From Bacillota bacterium (GTDB taxonomy: Bacteria > Bacillota > Clostridia > Peptostreptococcales > Anaerovoracaceae), in NCBI GenBank assembly GCA_017417045.1, contig JAFPZZ010000004.1, forward strand, positions 3,030-67,029: a stretch of 64,000 bases of DNA. Reading direction: 5' to 3'. Numbering within the stretch: position 1 is the first letter of the stretch; every line of letters begins with the position of its first letter. Below are positions 28,606 to 37,355 of the stretch, piece by piece. A program made the translations under genes and the position numbers. The notes below the pieces were generated by a model. That model saw nothing but the letters and a program-made list of their open reading frames with translations. It ran no database searches and was not told the origin of the DNA.

Positions 28606-29966
28606 GCGCGCTGACTTCACTTGCCAGGATGTGGCTGACGAGGTCGGTAAAGCCCTTTGTCTTCACGGACGACTGCGACGAGGCCCTGGATTACGGCGGG
28701 ATAGGGGACCTCGGTCTCTACGTCCACATACCTTTTTGCAGGAGCATATGCAGCTTCTGCCCTTACTGCAAGAGGCTCTACGATCCTGAGCTCATGGACC
28801 GCTATATCGACGCGCTCATAGAGGAGATAAGGCTGGTCGGCGACATGCGGGGCAGCGGGAGCATGCGGCTGCAGGCGGATGGCGGCGTATCCGGTCCCTG
28901 CGGAGGCTCCGATCCCTGCGGCGGCTCCGGTCCCTGCGGAGGCTCCGGTCCCTGCGGCGGTTCCAGGATGCCAGCCGGCAGCCTTTACTTCGGCGGAGGT
29001 TCGCCTGCCCTTGCAGCTGACAGGCTGGGAGAGATCACGGCGGAGCTCGGAAAGCACTTCGATATACGGGGCGGCATAGGGGTCGAGCTCCATCCGGAGG
29101 ACGTAAACGCGCGCACCCTGGACCTGCTCGAGGAAGCCGGGGTAGACCGCGTGAGCATAGGCATACAGTCCTTTCAGGATAAATATATAGACATACTCGG
29201 GCGCAGGGGCTGCGACCCTGAAGCCATCGCCGGGGAACTGTCCGGAAGGAGCTTTAAAACGGTCTCGATGGACCTCATATTCGCGCTTCCGGGGCAGGCC
29301 GAAGATGATATCTGCAGGGACGTAGACACGGCTTTCGCGAGCGGCGCGAACCATGCGGCCATATATCCCTTCATAGATTTCGATTTCACTCCCGGGAACA
29401 TCCCCGCCATGGGGAGGAAGGAGAAGCGCAGGCTGCTAAGCGCCATATGCGCCCACGCCCGGGCGAAGGGCCTCAGGAGGGATTCGATATGGACCTTTTC
29501 CTCGGAGGAGGACGCGCGCTATTCCTCCATGACGAGGGACGATTACCTGGGCTTCGGCTGCTCGGCCGTCACACTGCTTCCTAAGAGCTTTAAGATCAAC
29601 ACCTTCGACGTGGAGAGCTATATAGAGCGCGTGTCGCAGGGAAGGCTCGCCAGCTCGCTGACCATAAGGTTCACAGAGCGCCAGCGCATGGTCTACTGGC
29701 TCTTCTGGAGGATGTACGGGATGAGCTTCGAGGCTTCGGATTTCAGGGTTTTCTTCGGGAAGGAGCTTGAAAAAGAATACGGGCTGGAGTTTTGGACAGC
29801 CGAAAAGCTCGGCTTCGTAAGGCGCGATGGGAGCCGCTGGCAGCTCACCGACGACGGGGCTTTCTGGTACCACCACTTCGAGAATTATTACACCCTGTCG
29901 TACATAGACAGGATGTGGGGACTTATGAAGGAAGAGGCGTTTCCGAAGAAGATGGTCCTTGGATAA
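28602..29966 (+). CDS. HemN-like (class C) radical SAM protein with an internal Cys/Gly/Pro hexapeptide repeat
   Basis: YVHIPFCRSICSFCPYC, YFGGGSP and IGIQSF motifs, plus a HemN_C-like tail. ATGA overlap with the upstream gene. Confidence 0.8.
   Translation: MSALTSLARMWLTRSVKPFVFTDDCDEALDYGGIGDLGLYVHIPFCRSICSFCPYCKRLYDPELMDRYIDALIEEIRLVGDMRGSGSMRLQADGGVSGPCGGSDPCGGSGPCGGSGPCGGSRMPAGSLYFGGGSPALAADRLGEITAELGKHFDIRGGIGVELHPEDVNARTLDLLEEAGVDRVSIGIQSFQDKYIDILGRRGCDPEAIAGELSGRSFKTVSMDLIFALPGQAEDDICRDVDTAFASGANHAAIYPFIDFDFTPGNIPAMGRKEKRRLLSAICAHARAKGLRRDSIWTFSSEEDARYSSMTRDDYLGFGCSAVTLLPKSFKINTFDVESYIERVSQGRLASSLTIRFTERQRMVYWLFWRMYGMSFEASDFRVFFGKELEKEYGLEFWTAEKLGFVRRDGSRWQLTDDGAFWYHHFENYYTLSYIDRMWGLMKEEAFPKKMVLG
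28884..28964 (+). repeat. 18-bp in-frame tandem repeat, ~4.5 copies, encoding (G-G/V-S-G/D-P-C)n
   Basis: Units at 28884, 28902, 28920 and 28938, plus a half unit. Consensus GGMGGCTCCGGTCCCTGC. Confidence 0.9.
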
Positions 29967-30072
29967 AGCTGCGGCTCGGCTGAATGTACCGGCCCGGCGC
30001 TCCGCGTGCCCTGAAGCCCGCGGGTGAGGCTGCCGCGAAGCCCTCTTCACAAAAAACATATATTAATTATGT

Positions 30073-30101
30073 TTGACAATGCTTTTTTATCTGTTTATGC
30101 T
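30073..30101 (+). promoter_or_regulatory. promoter TTGACA-17 nt-TATGCT for the LysM gene
   Basis: Perfect -35, a 17-nt spacer and a -10-like hexamer, ~40 nt upstream of the ATG at 30140. Confidence 0.55.
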
Positions 30102-30139
30102 ATACATAGAATAACTCTGTTAATTGGAGGTACAGACCA

Positions 30140-30532
30140 ATGGATGATTACAAAACCTATACTATCGTAAAGGGCGATAACCTCACCAAGATCGCCAGGG
30201 CATTCGGAACCACCGTCGATGAGCTCGTAAAGCTCAACGGTATCGAGAACCCCAACCTCATCTATGCCGGCGCTGAGCTGAAGATCCCGTTCACCGCGGA
30301 AGAGCTCGCCGCTAAGGCTGAGGAAGCTGCCAAGGCTGCCGCCGAAGCTGCCAAGAAGGAAGCCGAGGAGAGAATGGCTGCCGCTGCCGCCAGACTCGCG
30401 GAAGAGAAGAAGGCCGCTGAGGAAGCTGCCGCTCAGGCTGCCGCAAAGGTAGAGGAGACCGTAGAGGAAGTCAAGGAAGAAGCCACCGAGAAGAAGGGAC
30501 TCTTCGCCAGCCTCTTCAAGAAGAAGAGCTAA
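30140..30532 (+). CDS. LysM domain protein with an Ala/Glu/Lys-rich tail
   Basis: YTIVKGDNLTKIARAFGTTVDELVKLNGIENPNLIYAGAELKIP is a canonical LysM. GGAGG RBS. Confidence 0.85.
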   Translation: MDDYKTYTIVKGDNLTKIARAFGTTVDELVKLNGIENPNLIYAGAELKIPFTAEELAAKAEEAAKAAAEAAKKEAEERMAAAAARLAEEKKAAEEAAAQAAAKVEETVEEVKEEATEKKGLFASLFKKKS

Positions 30533-30565
30533 ATTGCCCTCTGACAGAACTTGCGAAAGTATAAC

Positions 30566-30600
30566 GAGAGCGTCCGCATTGCTGACGCTCTCTTCCCATT
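30566..30600 (+). terminator. intrinsic terminator of the LysM gene
   Basis: GAGAGCGTC-N9-GACGCTCTC followed by TTCCCATT. Confidence 0.6.
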
Positions 30601-30605
30601 GAAAG

Positions 30606-30629
30606 GGCCCCGCATTCCTGTGCGGGGCC
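30606..30629. terminator. GC-rich hairpin between convergent genes
   Basis: GGCCCCGCA-TTCCTG-TGCGGGGCC, a perfect 9-bp stem. Confidence 0.55.
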
Positions 30630-30635
30630 GTTATC

Positions 30636-30697
30636 GTTATTAGTAGCCGGCGCGTTGTTATTGCCAGCCAGCTCTGTTATTACCAGTCCACTCCCCC
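30636..30697. repeat. three degenerate ~21-bp tandem units covering the stop codon and 3' flank of the DUF3048 gene
   Basis: GTTATTAGTAGCCGGCGC / GTTATTGCCAGCCAGCTC / GTTATTACCAGTCCACTC. The last unit contains the real stop (TTA at 30680-30682) and the final codons. Confidence 0.55.
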
Positions 30698-31822
30698 GGT
30701 GTAGGAGCTCGCGCAGCAGACGTAGCTGTTGCCGGGGCAGAGGAGGAGGTCGCCGCCTTCAGGCGTCTTGAAGAAGAGCCCTGAGGACGAGCACTCCCAG
30801 GTGAATTCTTCGGCTACGGTGTCGTGGAAGTATACTCCGTTTCCGCTGCTCATGTTCGCCCTGAGCCTGCCGTAGGTGTCGCCCGGGACGTTCGAATAGG
30901 CGACGTACATTACGATGACGTTCTTGACGGCGAGCTGCTCGTCGAGGTTTCCGTCCTTGTACTGGATGCCGTATTCGCTGACCAGGTACTTGCCGCTCTC
31001 CTCGTCGTACGCGAAGCTCGTCGTCTTCTGGGGATTCATGATGACGGTGAGATCGGTCACAGAGCTGCTGACTTCGGGAGTTTCCTCGGCTGCGGCTCCG
31101 GTGGCCAGCTCGCCGGGTTTTGCGGGATCAGGCTCTGTTTTCGCAGGGACTTCGTCGGCCTTAGCGTCGTCGTACCTGAACCTCAGAGAGCTCTCGAAGC
31201 CCTCGTTATGATCCGTGCGTATATTTATGCTCGAGACATAGCTTTCGATGAGCTCGCTCGAGGTGAAGAGGCTGTGCTCGTAGCCGACGTTGTTCCTTCT
31301 CCAGCTGTCTCTGTAGAACATCTTGCCGCTGGCTCCTCCGTTGACGCCGTCAAGGTGAGTCACGCCGCGGTTGTCCATGTCGGTATAGGCCTGGTCGCTC
31401 CCTCCCGCGTGTATGTATATCGCGTCGAAGGCGAGGGCGATGTCCAGATAGTAGGGCCTCGCGCTGCGGACGGATCCTATCGGGCCAATGTCGCTGATAT
31501 CCTGGAAGAGCGCCACCATCCTCGTGATATTGCCCTCAACGACCATCTCGAAGATCATGTCGGCCTTTGAGATGCCGTGCTGAGGAAGGGCCTTGTAGAG
31601 GTTGTTGAGCATCACCGCGTACGGTCTCGTCCCTCCCACGTCTTCTTCCAGCAGCTCACCCGTGAGCGGATGAGGGTATCTTATCGGCTCGGGTTCCGGT
31701 TCGGGCTCAGGCTCGGGTTCGAGCTCGGGCTCCGGTTCCGGCTCGGGAGAGGGTTTCTCGCCGCAGGCCGCGAGCGTGAAGATCAGGGCTATCGCAAGCA
31801 GCAATGCCAGTATTTTTTTCAA
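30680..31822 (-). CDS. DUF3048 (YerB-like) lipoprotein
   Basis: Lipobox LTLAAC, a (EP)n linker, then PLTGE..RPYAVMLNN..ALPQHGISKADMIFE..VEGNITRMVALFQD, typical of DUF3048. Confidence 0.85.
   Translation of the reverse strand: MKKILALLLAIALIFTLAACGEKPSPEPEPEPELEPEPEPEPEPEPIRYPHPLTGELLEEDVGGTRPYAVMLNNLYKALPQHGISKADMIFEMVVEGNITRMVALFQDISDIGPIGSVRSARPYYLDIALAFDAIYIHAGGSDQAYTDMDNRGVTHLDGVNGGASGKMFYRDSWRRNNVGYEHSLFTSSELIESYVSSINIRTDHNEGFESSLRFRYDDAKADEVPAKTEPDPAKPGELATGAAAEETPEVSSSVTDLTVIMNPQKTTSFAYDEESGKYLVSEYGIQYKDGNLDEQLAVKNVIVMYVAYSNVPGDTYGRLRANMSSGNGVYFHDTVAEEFTWECSSSGLFFKTPEGGDLLLCPGNSYVCCASSYTGGVDW
31685..31747 (-). repeat. hexanucleotide-type low-complexity repeat encoding the PEPEPEPELEPEPEPEPEPEP linker
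   Basis: Read directly; GGYTCS-type units. Confidence 0.8.
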
Positions 31823-31892
31823 TTTTTAATTCCTCCGCGTATGCTTTTTCTCGGAAGAGTGCTATAGCAGCAGCACCTTTTATCGATTTTTA

Positions 31893-32555
31893 TTATAGCA
31901 TATCGCAGATGTATTCTTCAACGGCAAGACGGAGCAGGCTGTGGCCTTCTTCGCTCGGATGCAGCCCGTCGGCGCATATGAGATCTTCCCAGCCGGCTCT
32001 TTTCGCGGCCGCCCTGAGGTCGAGAACGGGGCAGCCGTTTCTTTCGGCGACCTTTCTGGCTATGTCGCTGTAGTCCTTCTGCCATAGTGCGAGCCTTCCC
32101 CTATCCTTGAGCCAGAGCATTATGGCGCTGCGGTCGAGTCCTCTCGAAAGGAAATCGAAGAATCTGGTCGATGATATTGGGGGAAGGGTAGAAACTATGA
32201 CGCAGGCTCCGGCCGACTTCAGCTTTTTGACGGCTTCATCGTACAGCGTCTCGAAGCGCTGCGGCGGTACCGCGCAGCCGTGCTCCTCAAAGGGGCGCTC
32301 CGCGATCTCTGCCCAGTTGAAATTGCAGTCGTTGCCGCCGAATTCAAGTATGGCGGCAGTACCGGGGCTGATCTGCGGAAGGCATCTTTCTATGAAGTCC
32401 AGCCCCTGCTCTATAGTCGAGCCCATCCTGGCTCTGTTTATTATCTCGGCTCCTGCAGCGCTCAGCTTCTCCCTGCAGAGCCTGTACCGGTCTTCCTCCT
32501 CGTCATACCAGACTCCCTTGAGTATGGAGTCGCCAAAGATCTGGATCTGCCTCAT
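31893..32555 (-). CDS. SGNH/GDSL-family hydrolase
   Basis: Block I FGDS, block III GGND, block V DGLHPS. Confidence 0.8.
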   Translation of the reverse strand: MRQIQIFGDSILKGVWYDEEEDRYRLCREKLSAAGAEIINRARMGSTIEQGLDFIERCLPQISPGTAAILEFGGNDCNFNWAEIAERPFEEHGCAVPPQRFETLYDEAVKKLKSAGACVIVSTLPPISSTRFFDFLSRGLDRSAIMLWLKDRGRLALWQKDYSDIARKVAERNGCPVLDLRAAAKRAGWEDLICADGLHPSEEGHSLLRLAVEEYICDML

Positions 32556-32718
32556 AACACCCTCCTTTTGGTATTTAGTTTACACGGTTGCTGTAAATTT
32601 ATCATCTAATCTTAAAAATAAGATATAACGATAACGACGATTTGTCAAGCCGCAGCGAAATCAGATGTTGTCATTTATTCTCAATGATGTTATCCTTAAA
32701 ACAAGGAGATGTATAAAC

Positions 32719-33294
32719 ATGACAGACAATACAAAATTACAGGAAATATGTGATAAGCTTTCCCAGCAGAGGCTTCCCAGATGGGATGAACTGCCCGATC
32801 TCGAGCTGTATATGGATCAGCTGCTGTCGCTGATAAGGCGCTATCTGATCGATTATCCCGGCATGGGCGAGAAGGGCCTGACAGCCGCTATGGTCAATAA
32901 CTACGTCAAACTCAAGCTGATACCTGCCCCGCATAAGAAGAAATACGGCAGGGAACATCTCGCGTATCTTCTGATAATCTGCGTGCTCAAGCCTATAATC
33001 CCCATCGCGGACATAGCCGCAATGATAGATGGCAAGATCGAGGAGAACAGCTTCACCGAGCCCGTATACAGGATGAGCGGCGACTCTCCCGTTGAGGTCG
33101 AGCACTGCGAGACCGTATACAACAGCTTCTGCGAGGGCTTCGAGAGCGTCTCAAGGGAGGTTGCCGAGAAGGAGCTCGAGAGCCTTCCGAAGGGCGAGTC
33201 CAGATACTCTGCCATGATGATATCCGCGCTCAAGGCCCAGACCGAGCTCTCAATAGCGCTGGGGCTCATCGAAGAACAGAAGTCGAAGAAGTAG
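32719..33294 (+). CDS. DUF1836 domain protein
   Basis: LPDLELYMDQLLSLI..GLTAAMVNNYVKLKLIPAPHKKKYGREHLAYLLIICVLK matches the DUF1836 core. AAGGAG RBS before the ATG at 32719. Confidence 0.75.
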   Translation: MTDNTKLQEICDKLSQQRLPRWDELPDLELYMDQLLSLIRRYLIDYPGMGEKGLTAAMVNNYVKLKLIPAPHKKKYGREHLAYLLIICVLKPIIPIADIAAMIDGKIEENSFTEPVYRMSGDSPVEVEHCETVYNSFCEGFESVSREVAEKELESLPKGESRYSAMMISALKAQTELSIALGLIEEQKSKK

Positions 33295-33335
33295 GGCGGG
33301 ACGCCATTAAAGACTGCGACAAGGAGGAATGCGAA

Positions 33336-34745
33336 ATGATAAAGGATCCCTCTTCTTTTTCCATTGCGGATATCGCGGAAGGGCTTAAAAAGGGAAGCTT
33401 TACTTCGGTCGAGCTCGTCCTGAGCTTCCTGCGCGAGATAGCCGAAAGGGACAGCGCAGGCCCCTGCATAAACAGCGTGCTGGAGATCAATCCCGACGCT
33501 CTCGACATAGCGGAGTCCCTCGACCGCGAATACGCCCAGAAGGGCCCCAGAGGCCCTCTGCACGGAGTTCCAGTGCTGATCAAGGGAAATATCGACACCG
33601 GCGACAAGCTGCACACCAGCGCGGGTTCCCTGGTAATGGCGGACAATTTCGCGCTGGAGGACGCAGCCCTGGTGAAGGAGCTCAGAGCTTCGGGAGCGGT
33701 GATACTCGGCAAGGCGAACCTCACGGAGTGGGCGAATTTCCTCGCGCACGGCATGAGGGGAGGTTACAGCTCGCTCGGCGGACAGGTCAATAATCCGGCC
33801 GGAGAATGCCTTGAGATAGGAGGCTCGAGCTCCGGAAGCGCCGCGGCGGTAGCGGCGGGCTTTTGCACCGCAGCCGTAGGCACCGAGACCAACGGGTCCA
33901 TACTCCATCCCGCGACAAAGGCAGGGGTCGTCGGCATCAAGCCCACGAAGGGTCTCGTGAGCCGCAGCGGGATAGTCCCGATATGCAGCTCCTTCGATAC
34001 TGCCGGGCCTCTTGCTAGGAGCGCCCGCGACGCGGCCATGCTGCTCTGGTGCATGATCGGATATGACGAGGATGACCCCGCGACGCATTACCGCGGAGAT
34101 CATGAGCTTCCGGACGAGAGATTCTTCGAGGGCGCGAGCCTGAAGGGAAGGCGCATCGGGCTCGTGCGCAGACCTTATATAGATATGCCGGATGAAGCCT
34201 TCGAACATTACGACGCCGTATTTGACGCCGCGGAAAAGGCCGGCGCAGTACTCGTCCCCGTAGAGCTCGCCCCCGCCGACCCCAGATCCGCCACGCTGGT
34301 CGAGATGTACGAGATCAAGCGCTGCATGGCAGCCTATCTCGCTAAAGGACATACGACTTCGCTCAGGTCTCTTAAGGACATACTGGACGCCAACGAGGCC
34401 GATCCTGAGCGATGCTTAAAGTACGGGCAGGAGAGGCTCAGGGAGTCTGACGAGATAGGCAGCGGAAGGCTGAACGAGCCCGAATACATCGAGGCTCTCG
34501 GGGCCATATACGAGAGCCGCGGGCGCATCGACGCTCTTCTGAAGGAGAATCAGCTCGACTGCATACTCATGGCGCACTATACCAATATCTCTCCGGTATC
34601 AGGCTATCCGGCCGTCGCGGTCCCCGCGGGAAAGGGCAGGGACAGCGGGCTTCCGTACGGCGTGAGCCTTCTCGGTACCGCGGGCTCGGACTTCGAGCTC
34701 TGCAGGATCGCTGATGCGCTGGAAAAGGCCCTGGTCCGCAGCTGA
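33336..34745 (+). CDS. amidase-signature family amidase
   Basis: GGSSSGSAAAVAAG signature and the KGNIDT Lys region. Confidence 0.85.
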   Translation: MIKDPSSFSIADIAEGLKKGSFTSVELVLSFLREIAERDSAGPCINSVLEINPDALDIAESLDREYAQKGPRGPLHGVPVLIKGNIDTGDKLHTSAGSLVMADNFALEDAALVKELRASGAVILGKANLTEWANFLAHGMRGGYSSLGGQVNNPAGECLEIGGSSSGSAAAVAAGFCTAAVGTETNGSILHPATKAGVVGIKPTKGLVSRSGIVPICSSFDTAGPLARSARDAAMLLWCMIGYDEDDPATHYRGDHELPDERFFEGASLKGRRIGLVRRPYIDMPDEAFEHYDAVFDAAEKAGAVLVPVELAPADPRSATLVEMYEIKRCMAAYLAKGHTTSLRSLKDILDANEADPERCLKYGQERLRESDEIGSGRLNEPEYIEALGAIYESRGRIDALLKENQLDCILMAHYTNISPVSGYPAVAVPAGKGRDSGLPYGVSLLGTAGSDFELCRIADALEKALVRS

Positions 34746-34817
34746 TATTAGAACAAAAGGTTCTGGGCAGCGGCTGTAATTAGAAAAGAAAAGACCCTGG
34801 GCCGCAGCTGATAAAGG
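34723..34817 (+). repeat. three ~33-bp degenerate tandem units; the first holds the last codons and stop of the amidase gene
   Basis: AAAAGGCCCTGGTCCGCAGCTGATATTAG / AAAAGGTTCTGGGCAGCGGCTGTAATTAG / AAAAGACCCTGGGCCGCAGCTGATAAAGG, 76-83% pairwise identity. Confidence 0.7.
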
Positions 34818-34855
34818 CTCGCGCTGCGCGTTCCTAACACGATAAAGGATCGATC

Positions 34856-34893
34856 CCCCGAAGCACCCATCGAGGCGCTTCGGGGTTCTTTTT
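34856..34893 (+). terminator. intrinsic terminator downstream of the amidase gene
   Basis: CCCCGAAGC-N12-GCTTCGGGG followed by TTCTTTTT. Confidence 0.75.
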
Positions 34894-35003
34894 GACAACG
34901 GCCCTTCGTAGTAATAAAATATATTATCTATTGCTTTATACACCGCCGGAGCGGGCCTGAGGACCATCCCTAAGCGGTCAAGAGCTTATACGGAGACAAG
35001 GGT

Positions 35004-35741
35004 TTGAAAAAGACAACTACTAAATTTGCGGCGGCAGCCGTACTGCTCGCCCTTATGATAGTCCTCAGCTCCTGCGGGCTGAACGATCCCTATTACAAGA
35101 TGGAAAGGGAATCGGACGGTACGTACAACGTAATGATGCAGAAGGGCGAGGTGAGGTATTACGACGACGACGACGCGAAGATCGCCGTCAAGGATATCTA
35201 CGAAAAGCTCATAAGCGACACCGAGAGGAATATAGGCTTTACAATCACCGTCACCCCGAAGGACGGCAATCTCATATCCGTCAAGGACTTCAGCTACGAG
35301 CTTCAGATGGCTGATGATTACGCGAAAGAGCAGGACTGCCTGCGTTATACCCAGGACGTCCTTATGGAGCCTTCCGCGGAAGAACAGAGCTACAGCTTCG
35401 AGATCAACGGCATAGAGCTAGCCAAGGGCACAGAGGATATGGCCTGGCTCGAGAGGCTCAACGTCGGTCTCTCCCTCAGCAAGAGGGTGATGGGCGCCCT
35501 CAAGGAGAAGGACGGCATGATGATCGCCGACTACGAGGACGTGGAGCTCGCGGAGCTCGAGGCCTCTACCGGCTTCACCGCCGAGGGCTCGCTCAAGGGA
35601 GCCAGCGGCTACATGATAGCCGAAGAATACAGGCGCACTGAGACCTTGGAGGAGAGCATGGGCTTTACGCATACCGGGATAACGGGCTTCTTCACGGATC
35701 TGTTCAGCATGCTCAGAAGGCGCAACCCCGGATCTGACTGA
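35004..35741 (+). CDS. hypothetical lipoprotein
   Basis: TTG start and signal peptide with lipobox LSSCG. No family recognised. Confidence 0.6.
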   Translation: MKKTTTKFAAAAVLLALMIVLSSCGLNDPYYKMERESDGTYNVMMQKGEVRYYDDDDAKIAVKDIYEKLISDTERNIGFTITVTPKDGNLISVKDFSYELQMADDYAKEQDCLRYTQDVLMEPSAEEQSYSFEINGIELAKGTEDMAWLERLNVGLSLSKRVMGALKEKDGMMIADYEDVELAELEASTGFTAEGSLKGASGYMIAEEYRRTETLEESMGFTHTGITGFFTDLFSMLRRRNPGSD

Positions 35742-35785
35742 TCCTTATAATACATCGCTTCGTTTTTATGAAAAGAGGTGCATCC

Positions 35786-37231
35786 ATGACCCAGCTTGAA
35801 GAGATCAAAAAATACGTATCCGAAAACGCCGCCAAGTCCACCGAGATAGCGGACAAGGTATGGGAGTACGCGGAGCTTCCCTTCGAGGAGACCAGGTCAG
35901 CGGAGCTCTTCAAAAAAGAGCTCGCGGCCGAAGGCTTTGAGATCGAGGACTGCCTCGCGGGGATTCCGACTGCGTTCCTCGCAAAATACGTCATAGGCAG
36001 CGGCAAGCCAGTATTCGGTCTGCTCGCCGAGTACGACGCGCTCAGCGGGCTCAGCCAGAAGGCCGCCTGCCCCGTGAAGGATCCCATCGTTCCCGGAGCG
36101 CCGGGACACGGCTGCGGACACAATCTGCTCGGCGCGGGCTGCTTCAGCGCCGCCCTTGCGGCCAGAGACTACATGAAGGCCCACGATATGGATGGCACGG
36201 TCATCTTCTTCGGCTGCCCGGCTGAAGAGGGCGCCGGTTCCAAGCAGTTCATTGCCAGGGCCGGCTATTTCGACGACGTCGATTTCTGCTATACATGGCA
36301 TCCTTCGATGTTCAACGAGGTCGGCAACACCGGCAGTGTCGCCATCATGGGCGCTAACTTCATCTTCGACGGCATAGCCTCGCACGCCGGCGGATCCCCG
36401 CATCTTGGACGCTCCGCCCTCGACGCCGCGGAGCTTATGAACATAGGCGTGCAGTATCTCAGAGAGCACATGATAGATCAGGCAAGGGTGCACTACGCCT
36501 ACTCCAATGCGGGCGGCACCGCTCCCAACGTCGTGCAGGATCACACCGTTATCAAGTACGAGGTCAGGGCCCCAAAGGTTTGGCAGATGAAGGAGCTCTT
36601 CGAGAGAGTCGTCCACATCGCTCACGGCGCAGCCGAGATGACGGAGACCACGATGCACTATGACATCACCATGGCTTTCTCGGATTACATCGCCAACGCT
36701 GCGCTCGCCGAGTGCATCTCCGACTGCCTGGTCGAGGCGGGAGCTCCCGAATGGGACGAGTCCGACTACAAGCTCGCCGGCGAGGTGCTCTCGACCTTCA
36801 ACGAGACCACCCAGAAGGCCATCAGGAGCAATCTCGCTCCTATCTTCGAGGGCGAGGATATAGAGGAGCTGCTCAAAAAGCCTCTCCACACCGGCGTCTT
36901 CCCCTATGAGAGAGTGAAGAACCCCATCTACAAGTCCGGCTCCACCGACGTCGGCGACGTTGCCTACGCTACCCCGACCGTCATGATCAACGTCGCGACT
37001 CAGTGCCTCGGAAACGTTGGACACAGCTGGCAGAACACCTGCTTCTCCGGCTCCCGCATAGGCATCAAGGGCATGCTCAGGGCCGCGGAGGTCATGACCA
37101 TGGCCTGCGTCCGCACAGCTGCCGATCCGGAGCTCATAGCCAAGGCAAAGGCCGAGCTCTTCGCCATCAACGGCGGAAAGTACGAATGCCCGCTGCCCGA
37201 CAGCGTAGAGCCTCCCGTAGGCAAGTATTGA
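35786..37231 (+). CDS. M20-family amidohydrolase (AbgB/aminobenzoyl-glutamate-hydrolase-B-like)
   Basis: GHGCGHNLLGAG, EEGAGSKQ and a dimerisation-domain layout. Start at MTQLEE after AAAGAGG. Confidence 0.85.
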   Translation: MTQLEEIKKYVSENAAKSTEIADKVWEYAELPFEETRSAELFKKELAAEGFEIEDCLAGIPTAFLAKYVIGSGKPVFGLLAEYDALSGLSQKAACPVKDPIVPGAPGHGCGHNLLGAGCFSAALAARDYMKAHDMDGTVIFFGCPAEEGAGSKQFIARAGYFDDVDFCYTWHPSMFNEVGNTGSVAIMGANFIFDGIASHAGGSPHLGRSALDAAELMNIGVQYLREHMIDQARVHYAYSNAGGTAPNVVQDHTVIKYEVRAPKVWQMKELFERVVHIAHGAAEMTETTMHYDITMAFSDYIANAALAECISDCLVEAGAPEWDESDYKLAGEVLSTFNETTQKAIRSNLAPIFEGEDIEELLKKPLHTGVFPYERVKNPIYKSGSTDVGDVAYATPTVMINVATQCLGNVGHSWQNTCFSGSRIGIKGMLRAAEVMTMACVRTAADPELIAKAKAELFAINGGKYECPLPDSVEPPVGKY

Positions 37232-37355
37232 TACGATCCGGGGCAGCCTGAGCGCTGCCCCGTTTTTCTGCCCTGCAGCTGGGGCCGGCGCACAGACGAT
37301 GTCGCCAAAGATCATACTCAAAGCTCATAAGACCGCATATCAGAGGACCGCATAC

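Noticed and set aside
28884-28964. The 18-bp repeats here, and the tandem array at 50214-50281, as CRISPR arrays.
   Set aside because: The units are directly tandem with no spacers and are far shorter than CRISPR repeats. The first is in-frame coding sequence, and no cas genes are present.
28602-29966. Annotating the HemN-like protein as oxygen-independent coproporphyrinogen III oxidase (hemN).
   Set aside because: No heme-biosynthesis genes are nearby, and the family is functionally diverse (HemW, ChuW, MenK, natural-product methylases). Tight coupling to another radical SAM gene and a membrane protein points elsewhere.
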